Sequence record: NC_047838.1
Direction: 5' to 3' (one strand)
Length of the DNA stretch: 64,000 nt
The stretch's first letter is position 1; the number at the start of each line of letters is the position of its first letter. Below, one piece after another: positions 21,101 through 27,400 of the stretch. Below the pieces are notes generated by a model. The model did no database searches. It saw nothing but the letters and a program-made list of their open reading frames with translations, and had not been told where the DNA came from. The translations under genes and the position numbers were made by a program.

Positions 21101-21131
21101 TATTCCAGGAACACCTGAAAATCTAACGTAA
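15150..21131 (+). CDS. Large virion structural protein with PA14-like repeats
   Basis: Four F/V-P-x-DG.Y......D[DN]...[IV].[VI]D PA14-like segments; V..GG.GY..PP.I motif; late promoter ATAAATA at 15114. Confidence 0.7.
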   Translation: MSFNLFGPATICDIKVGYISTDRGYVDGISRYEANQYAALNPGTQFIFKNRDLIRYLNINEVNALTPEDLLPNRIPTNGCDQESVNTFGLDIYNPDGSLKQDATGTPGSPRVYINGGGGVGAAANAVIGKDGSLLAVDVVEGGYGYRFPPQIDIVDLEGLGSGAVAIASLCPPDKVGTLQTFENEEDFEEYDFRNCAPPVVSFGRRQGANGEDLGEWDPSLYASLKVDPIRREIIAYQAFLDSIRDGWWNTRKAKPIEIIADDKKGNVKYDVQHWAWGGSREVKKIPSKKENFQEIEFKVYTHGGNQADRGLMFTFVEKNGDHRFKIKAESFSDKKVSKVKIKLKPNAVYTVNASGRYKGKGVEQGLIESFGRKPKERDKRFTDGNKIFADFVKSANDNDDLQIEATQGKFKTDNRRKLDGHSTYDLTYQVVDSGQFKAEEKTKVVKKIDDSFMNRFAISPVPPSNVSGSDFAGIQYAFIYEENFPYDGEYTFKAMADNVGEVYVDNESIFQFRRFKGGPDVVKKFIKAGVHKIRCDLLNVPIKEKIKPKPDSGGCPTEIDFKVTTDAGFANGIRIPDLNIDLAKKRDGKQLNKSFRRTVELGKEYDVICTSNSQGGGRRSNEYKIEVADRGSLGRGDRAAVKDVSNKTIKFTDSTSQMDTDAEFKILSTSPGVSAKFRGSNDKDLKLVVSGEGNVTLQLKWDDDPNSNGEAVGDITVAGKRWKQRAFRDKKGDLTKTIKVSGGDGGRNKANIRLRTAGENVLQMEEHTDKDWQDLVCTVSCGRFIKINGNRCKLIFDAPKKQTGRSTQSTGEKPREIFNTLDYINRADRKLYRINPNAGKDSNFLNRFGVLPFNPAAVEREEVLVPVKSPPQPKPRATIERRGDELFLKVTGGGRVKVDFRLKVDDNLYTSGVFAKEIIIKTDDNDLKLQRDIRELQTRSRSGSTSSFLSGKKKETITGSGIFTGGKTYRIKVIGGSSTSGFKTIDKTTVGFDDDIKGGYDQNGLLNITNVKILQESDARYETKQNQVTKVVKKFPQKPNASTDAYAGIHVIRWEHVEFPVDGNYNIETMVDDNATIFIGNRDGNGKKAIGNGLRSVEKGGDEVIIRKIGFTQGSSTGKSVDTRFFRKGKYRIRVELEQIPGKPLAKGNPMAFAMKIQSPGAEEIEVISARSWNENPMGVALKIDPPLPPIPQEPVPRAPGRCPNNPIWSTRFPDGEKKWWPVTHANQDGSKTWSKFMNRFAVSPIPPLSTKGTAQGGIVFSNSWNVEVPYDGFYGMKGTVDNGGRILVDDKVIMQGGYFSGAKFAGPDRTLEGFGSETPQTVKFPLTQGNHKITVEVENRAQTKQKRIKKTIFNTADWAIEQAVPVTQNNTYDVVYVDLHPRNKNLKVSGDRKTVRMLDGGGDDTNAKLIITSGDATFSDDGRKISGKGVVRARLEWNDDPNNKGIAVSGVVINGVRLSRDTKSVSKEKSFRITYEDLNPSNLPSTGRGFNPTRTGIKVVKNGKRIELKDGRGSDANVEFEILSTSPGVNARFSDDGRELKVKGNGDVNIRIKYDDNPGYAGEAVRSITINGKKWKKKRTEYGEETLTLKVNQNSAASTAFTERGSDENNIDLGAKPSAGRGLSGGTTKRGVKYSGPELASYRRGTLGPFITPRFEGERDYIANFIGTKWTMKWTGVNFPISSRYRIRTEADDILTVKVDGEFVSEVKVREGVREVFFNASEGKRTIEMELTNANIQQPFPINPTVFNAIIDVDAEITVPAEKSWRGNPIGISAILIPPPCPLETKGLGKLCDIFPLQPGNGYSAPPGPGYPAVPEIIRLEPVNPGINYGPNDPVCIIKEDGSKVCFPPNLGPFGSNLPIDTPPIPITEYPNISQSTDTGVNARFRPVIRVRRDPLDVEPEDILQVTDLVGLKRTGYVGGREYFGAVFYKDGVRFAGYYETPGQLIQVYDTLQESIDGEVTTRPSAILRQGTDITSNDPRLNIPGTPENLT

Positions 21132-21132
21132 T

Positions 21133-21759
21133 ATGGCAACTCACATAAATCAAAATAAAGATCCAAAGGGTGCCGATGGAGGTGGAACAGCGCACAGTAA
21201 TTATACTGCTCAGCGCATCGGAAACGATCATGGCAACATAAAATTTGGACATGTTCATAAGGATGCTGGAACAACCTCTGGCGTCATGCTTGAGACCACG
21301 GATTCATTACATCACATTACTTTAGACAAAGCAGGAGAAAGAAAGGGACACACAATTTCTGTGTCCCCTGGCGATACTGTTATTGAAGCAGGTGAGAAGA
21401 ACACCGTTGATCAAACCACAATTTTTATTAATGCGGTGAATGGTGACATATGTTTAATTGCATCTAATGGTAAAATTAGAATGCAAGCAGATGATATTGA
21501 GATGATTGCTAATGGTGGTGGTGGCAACAAAGGCAACATCGTCATGAGAGCAGTTGAAAATATCAAGACTGACTCTAAAAAATTCTTAGTCAACGCTACC
21601 AATTTTTATAGAATTGCAACACCAGGATATGCAGAAATTGCTGGCAACTCAGGTATGTCTCTTTATGCGTCCATAATTAAAGGTGTTACAGATGCATGTG
21701 CATTAAAAGACTCCAAGACTGGTCATCAAAAAATTCAAAAAGAAAATAATAGTGTATAA
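21133..21759 (+). CDS. Probable gp5 C-terminal beta-helix/spike-like protein
   Basis: Short beta-repeats with regularly spaced G/D/N (GDICLIASNGKIRMQADDIEMIA); position after gp5-N locus. Confidence 0.5.
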   Translation: MATHINQNKDPKGADGGGTAHSNYTAQRIGNDHGNIKFGHVHKDAGTTSGVMLETTDSLHHITLDKAGERKGHTISVSPGDTVIEAGEKNTVDQTTIFINAVNGDICLIASNGKIRMQADDIEMIANGGGGNKGNIVMRAVENIKTDSKKFLVNATNFYRIATPGYAEIAGNSGMSLYASIIKGVTDACALKDSKTGHQKIQKENNSV

Positions 21760-21761
21760 AA

Positions 21762-22556
21762 ATGTCATTTAATCTAGACGACGTAAATACTGGTGGACAA
21801 TTAAAGGTTGGAACAGGCATTTGTCCTGCCATCGGTGAGGGTATATTAAAAGTCAACGGATCTGGCATGATTGAGGGTCCAGTTGTAATGGGAAATCCCA
21901 CCACGTTTCCATTCCCCTATGCAACTGTAAATATTGCTCCACTAACTAATTCTGATAATATAATCCCTCCACTTATTCCTGGACTTTTATGCTCAGGTGT
22001 AAATAATCCTTACTCTTTAGCAGTTAGTGGTGCTGCTGGTTTTCTAGGACCAGTTGATACTGCTATGAATCTTGGTGTAGGAATGAATGTTTTTGCACAA
22101 GGACATGTCGTATCGAATTGTGGTGGACACATCCTCGCTGCTAAAAAGAACTTTGATATTCCTCACCCCACTAAAGAGGGATATCGACTGAGACATACCT
22201 GTCCTGAAGGTCCATCAAATGACGTTTACTTCAGAGGTAGAGTCACTAATAAGACAGAAATCATTCTCCCTAATTACTGGAAGAAACTTGTAGACTTTAC
22301 GACGATTACAGTTAATTTGACTCCTATTGGAGCACATCAGAATGTAATTGTAAAGAGGATTGATGAAGAAAAGGTTTACCTTCAATCAAAAGGAGGTATG
22401 CCTATCAACTGCTTCTACCACATCTATGGGACAAGAGCAGATGGAGAAAGACTTATCCCTGAATATGAGGGTAAGACACCAGCAGATTACCCCGGAAACA
22501 ACGATGAATATTCTGTTTCTGGATACCATTACGACAAAAGAGAGGTTGAATCATGA
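21762..22556 (+). CDS. Tail/spike-associated protein with C-terminal FDIPHP..LRH..EGP domain
   Basis: ORF; C-terminal domain shared with next gene. Confidence 0.5.
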   Translation: MSFNLDDVNTGGQLKVGTGICPAIGEGILKVNGSGMIEGPVVMGNPTTFPFPYATVNIAPLTNSDNIIPPLIPGLLCSGVNNPYSLAVSGAAGFLGPVDTAMNLGVGMNVFAQGHVVSNCGGHILAAKKNFDIPHPTKEGYRLRHTCPEGPSNDVYFRGRVTNKTEIILPNYWKKLVDFTTITVNLTPIGAHQNVIVKRIDEEKVYLQSKGGMPINCFYHIYGTRADGERLIPEYEGKTPADYPGNNDEYSVSGYHYDKREVES

Positions 22557-23215
22557 GCGCAGGCGAATTTATTGAAGCACCCCCAGGTAAAGATTGTACC
22601 AAAAAAGATGGTGGTTGGGGGATCCCCATGACCGACTATGAATTTATTTGGTATGGAAATATAGATGAGGACAAGTATCCAGATGATGCGTGTAAACCTT
22701 ACTATCATAAGTACGCACAGATTGATAATTTCAAAGTCAACACTTTGTTAGAGGGTGCAGCTGATATTACGATAACCGGAAATGTTACTGCTGCCGAGGT
22801 GACTGCTGGTGGCGTTACCCTCACCTCAAGAAAAGCATTTGATATTCCACACCCAACAAAGGAGGGTCATCGTCTTCGTCATATCTGTTTAGAGGGTCCT
22901 GAATCAGCTGTTTATATTAGAGGTAGACTCACCAATAGTGACAAAATTGAACTGCCAGAGTATTGGTCAGGACTTATTGATCCAGAAACCATTACTGTTT
23001 CTTTGACACAAATTGGGTCATCTCAAGATTTAATTGTGGAGAAAATTCCCTGGGGTAAAACTATTCACATTAAATCAGGAAATGCCACAGCGATTGACTG
23101 TTATTATTATGTGCAAGCAGAGAGAAAGGATGGTGAAAAACTCATCGTAGAGTATGAGGGAACCTCTTTTGATGATTACCCTGGCGACAACAGTCAGTAC
23201 ACCTGCAACAAATAG
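22553..23215 (+). CDS. Paralogous tail-associated protein with the same C-terminal domain
   Basis: FDIPHPTKEGHRLRHICLEGPESAVYIRGR nearly identical to previous gene's domain. Confidence 0.5.
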   Translation: MSAGEFIEAPPGKDCTKKDGGWGIPMTDYEFIWYGNIDEDKYPDDACKPYYHKYAQIDNFKVNTLLEGAADITITGNVTAAEVTAGGVTLTSRKAFDIPHPTKEGHRLRHICLEGPESAVYIRGRLTNSDKIELPEYWSGLIDPETITVSLTQIGSSQDLIVEKIPWGKTIHIKSGNATAIDCYYYVQAERKDGEKLIVEYEGTSFDDYPGDNSQYTCNK

Positions 23216-23216
23216 G

Positions 23217-23245
23217 TTGACACGGGGTTCTGATTGCCCTATAAT
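23217..23245 (+). promoter_or_regulatory. Sigma70-type promoter TTGACA-17-TATAAT
   Basis: Perfect consensus upstream of 23268 ORF and tRNA island. Confidence 0.85.
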
Positions 23246-23267
23246 AGGCAGGTAAGCAAAGGACCCC

Positions 23268-23450
23268 ATGCAAGACGATTACCTGACACGCTGCGTCGTT
23301 GATCCAGTCGCCCGTAAGTTCTATCTTTATTCTGAGCAAGGCGACGAGCGTGTCATCGATTGTGAGACCGTTGATCAGTTCATGTCCGTGCTTGAGATGG
23401 TGCGTGACAAGTGTAGCGATGATGTGCTAGCGTATGCCAACCCCCTCTGA
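23268..23450 (+). CDS. Conserved cyanophage hypothetical protein
   Basis: ORF with AAGGA SD behind sigma70 promoter. Confidence 0.7.
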   Translation: MQDDYLTRCVVDPVARKFYLYSEQGDERVIDCETVDQFMSVLEMVRDKCSDDVLAYANPL

Positions 23451-23541
23451 GGAAAAATGACCTTAGATTCCAAAAAAGTCGGAAAAAAAATCCCGGCAAA
23501 AATTTACCCTGAGGGGTTTTATAAAGAAATCTTAGAGTGTT

Positions 23542-23700
23542 ATGAGTATGAGACCAGAAACCCGTCAATCTATGGAAATGTTATTCGCGGCGAAATGGAA
23601 TTTACCCAAAGCAGCGAAGAATGCGGGTCTGACCAACAAGGAGATGAAAATCACCTTTAACGAATATTGCACATTTCACCCTCCTACTTGGGAAGGGTGA
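23542..23700 (+). CDS. Small cyanophage hypothetical protein (52 aa)
   Basis: Manual translation MSMRPETRQSMEMLFAAKWNLPKAAKNAGLTNKEMKITFNEYCTFHPPTWEG*; preferred over overlapping 23457-23660 ORF. Confidence 0.65.
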   Translation: MSMRPETRQSMEMLFAAKWNLPKAAKNAGLTNKEMKITFNEYCTFHPPTWEG

Positions 23701-23706
23701 TTCCTT

Positions 23707-23790
23707 GGGAGCGTGGCGGAATCGGTAGACGCACCAGACTTAAAATCTGTTGAGAATTATCTCGTGGGGGTTCAAGTCCCCCCGCTCCTA
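23707..23790 (+). tRNA. trnL: tRNA-Leu(TAA)
   Basis: GGGAGCG/CGCTCCT acceptor, D-loop GGAATCGGTAGAC, anticodon loop CT-TAA-AA, long variable arm, GGGGG-TTCAAGT-CCCCC T arm; no encoded CCA. Confidence 0.92.
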
Positions 23791-23825
23791 TTCCCTAAAT
23801 AGGGACATAGGGTAAATTTAGACCC

Positions 23826-24098
23826 ATGAAATACCGCATAGACACCAAATATGCTTGGTACGATCATGAGGGGGAACATCTGGTATTATTGTATTGTATT
23901 CAAAATATTCCATTTACCTTTGATGAACTCCCAGAACTTGCTAGGCAAAATCCAAGCGTCATACAACTAGCGAATTCAGGTCCAAGGTGGGATGCAGAGA
24001 AGATGTATAGGTCTTCTATGTACCTAATGGCAGAAGAATGTCATCCCATGTGTTTTGAGTTAGAATTAGAAAACCCAGAACTGTTACCTGTAGATTGA
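23826..24098 (+). CDS. Hypothetical protein
   Basis: ORF between tRNAs. Confidence 0.65.
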   Translation: MKYRIDTKYAWYDHEGEHLVLLYCIQNIPFTFDELPELARQNPSVIQLANSGPRWDAEKMYRSSMYLMAEECHPMCFELELENPELLPVD

Positions 24099-24099
24099 T

Positions 24100-24173
24100 G
24101 CCAACTTAGCTCAGCTGGATAGAGCAGGGTTTTTGTAAAGCTCAGGTCATCGGTTCAAGTCCGATAGTTGGCT
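24100..24173 (+). tRNA. trnT: tRNA-Thr(TGT)
   Basis: GCCAACT/AGTTGGC acceptor, GCTC/GAGC D stem, loop TT-TGT-AA, ATCGG-TTCAAGT-CCGAT T arm. Confidence 0.92.
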
Positions 24174-24187
24174 TATTAGGAGGATTT

Positions 24188-24358
24188 ATGGTCATAAACC
24201 TTTGGTACAACAAACAAATGAAAGAGTGGCGCTGGTCACTAACTGAAACTTCAGTCATGGCACAGCATACCGGTGGTCAAGAAGAACTTCGTGATGCTAT
24301 GAATGATGTTGCAAACACGGTTGAATACATACTTGACAACGAGTTAAAAGAAGGGTAA
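24188..24358 (+). CDS. Small cyanophage hypothetical protein (56 aa)
   Basis: Manual translation MVINLWYNKQMKEWRWSLTE...; AGGAGGA SD. Confidence 0.7.
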   Translation: MVINLWYNKQMKEWRWSLTETSVMAQHTGGQEELRDAMNDVANTVEYILDNELKEG

Positions 24359-24361
24359 TAT
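24333..24361 (+). promoter_or_regulatory. Sigma70-type promoter TTGACA-17-TAATAT
   Basis: Consensus -35; -10 keeps the T,A,T key positions; faces a terminator ~50 nt downstream. Confidence 0.55.
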
Positions 24362-24367
24362 ATAAAG

Positions 24368-24415
24368 GTGTGAAGGAAGTGCGAAAAGGGTGACCCATAT
24401 GGGTTGCCCTTTTTT
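24368..24415 (+). ncRNA. Candidate small RNA (GUGUGAAGGAAGU leader plus terminator hairpin)
   Basis: No ORF between promoter and terminator. Confidence 0.4.
24386..24415 (+). terminator. Rho-independent terminator (possibly bidirectional)
   Basis: AAGGGTGACCC-ATAT-GGGTTGCCCTT followed by T run; A run upstream. Confidence 0.85.
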
Positions 24416-24457
24416 CGTTTGATAAATAATCCATAACAGAACTTATAGTGTAATAAG

Positions 24458-27400
24458 ATGGGTCTTTCCAGATTAGATAATTTTCTGAAATCTACTCGTG
24501 GTACTATTCTTTATGTGGATCCGAATAGTTTAGACGCCACAGATAGTATTGAAAATCAGGGGAATTCGCTGACTCGTCCCTTCAAAACCATTCAGCGTGC
24601 TTTGATTGAAGCAGCAAGATTTTCATATCAGAGAGGTCTTGATAACGATAGATTTGGTAAGACCACAGTCTTATTGTATCCAGGTGATCACGTTGTTGAT
24701 AATAGACCAGGATATATTCCTGATGGATCGAATAATTATAAACTAAGAAACGGATCGACAACAGATAATCTCTCCCAGTTTGACTTATCTTCTAACTTTG
24801 ACCTCGCATCTTCTGACAACCAACTTCACAAACTTAATAGTGTTCGTGGTGGTGTCATCGTCCCAAGAGGCACATCTATCGTTGGTCTTGACCTTCGTAA
24901 GACAAAAATTAGACCAAAGTACATTCCAGATCCAGAGAATGACAATATTGAAGCATGTCCAGTTTTTAGAGTCACTGGTGCTTGCTATTTCTGGCAGTTT
25001 TCATTCTTTGATGGTGATCCAAATGGAAAGGTTTTTAAGGACTATACTTCAAACGAATTTGTACCCAACTTTTCTCACCACAAACTGAGATGTTTTGAAT
25101 ATGCTGATGGTCTTAATAACGTCGAAATCAACGATGAATTTATCAGTAATTTCAATGCAGGTCGTTCAGACCTTCAGATGTATTATGAGAAGGTAGGTAT
25201 TGCTTATGGTCAATCATCTGGTCGTGCAATTGAACCAGATTATCCATCTACAAGTCTTGATATTCAACCTAAGATTGATGAATATCGTATTGTTGGTTCT
25301 ACTGGCGAATCTGTTGGTATCAGCAGTATTAGAGCAGGTGATGGTGCTACACCAACCACTACGATCACCGTAACCACATCCTCTGCTGTCACAGGATTAG
25401 ATGTTGACACACCTTTCCGTATTGAAAACGTCAACTCTGATTATAATGGCGATTTCGTTGTAACTGAAAAGGTAAGTTCTACACAAATCAAATATACAGT
25501 ACAGAATGCTCCCTCTGATGCATTACCAACTGTATCTGGTTCATCATTAGCTCTGGTATCTGATACCGTCACCTCCGCATCTCCATATATCTTCAATATC
25601 TCTCTGAGATCCGTATATGGTATGTGCGGTATGCTTGCTGATGGTGCAACTGCAACTGGATTTAAGTCCATGGTTGTTGCACAGTTTACCGGTATCGGTC
25701 TTCAGAAAGACGAAAAGGCATTCGTCAAGTATAACGAGGACACCATCCCAACTGGTGCATATGACGATTATACTGCTGTAGATAATCTTCCAAGCAATTC
25801 AAAAGCAAGATATAAACCGAATTATAAAAACTTCCATATTAAGGTAACCAATAATTCGTTCATTCAGGCAGTTTCAATTTTTGCGATTGGATATGCTGAG
25901 CACTTTGTAACTGATACTGGTGGTGACATTTCACTTACCAACTCTAACTCTAATTTCGGTGCAGTATCCCTGGCATCTGAAGGATTTAGAAAAGATGCAT
26001 TCTCTCAGGATGATATTGGATATATTTCTCACATCATTCCACCTAAGGAAGTTCCACTTACCGAAACTTCTATTGAATTTGAATCTCTTGATATTACAAA
26101 AACAGATAGGGTTGCAGGTGTAGGATCAACCGGTAATCTCTACCTGTATGCCCAAACGAACGTTGATGCACCACCACAGAACGTTATTGACGGATACAGA
26201 TTTGGTGCAAGAACAAATGATAATCTGAGAGTTCTTGTCTCAGCAGCAGGTTCAGTAACTGAATATACTGCTCGTATTGTGATGGACGGTTCTCAATTAA
26301 CAGCAGAGAAGAAATATACTGTTAAACAGGGACCAACTGGAATTAACAGCATCGGTTCTTACAGTCAGGGTGGGTCTGATAGGCAGATTACACTTAACTC
26401 TACTCACAATCTTCTTAATGGTGAGTCTGTTAGAGTCATTAGTGAAAACGCTCACCTACCAGACGGATTAGACTCAAATACAGTTTATTTTGCGATTACA
26501 GATGCAAACACATCTGGTGGCATTACGACTAATGTTAATATTAAACTCGCTAAAACTCTTAATGATGCAATTAACGGATCACCTGCAATTGCCGTCAACG
26601 AAAAGGGTGGTGTTCTTAGTATTGTAAGTAGAGTTTCTGATAAGAACTCTGGAGAAATTGGTCACCCAGTTCAGTATGATGTAACTGAGAACCAGTGGTA
26701 TGTTAATGTAGCAACTGCTGCTACAGAGAACAACATTTTCTCAACCATCGTTGGACTTGGCACTACAGGACTAGGTGTTGCATCTCCAAGAACTTTCATC
26801 AAGAGAAAGAGTGACAATAGAAATGCTAATGACACTCTCTACAGAATGAGATATGTCATTCCTGCATCTACAGGAGGCACAGTAGCAAGACCACCAACTG
26901 AAGGATTCATTATTCAGGAATCTAACTCGTCAATTGGTATTAGCACCACAGAGATTCAGACATACTTTGGTAGTGGTTCTATTACTAATATCAATCAACA
27001 AAGAAACTTTAGATTTATTAGAGATGTTAGATGGGACGGATCTCAGGTTCACGTTACTACCGAACTCCCTCACAAACTTCAGCAGGATGATCAAGTTCAA
27101 CTTCTTAATATCACCGGTTCTCTGAATACTGCTGGAACAGCAGGAACTGCGTTCAACCGTGAGTATGCTGTTACTGGTATTACAAGTGCGACCACCTTTA
27201 GAGTTGGATTGACCACTAATCCTGGAACATTCACTAACGACACATCTACTAGAAATACCTCTCTCCCTTACTTCAAGAGAAAGAGAATCAAAGATACGAT
27301 GTATGTCTATCGTAACTTTGAGGCACAGCAGTATAAGGCGGGTGAGCAGGACGGTATCTATTACATTACCCTGCTTAACAGCAGCAATAGACCATCAGTA

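Noticed and set aside
23457-23660. 67-aa ORF from the track
   Set aside because: Its 5' half is the A-tract motif; the overlapping frame 23542-23700 gives a more protein-like product.
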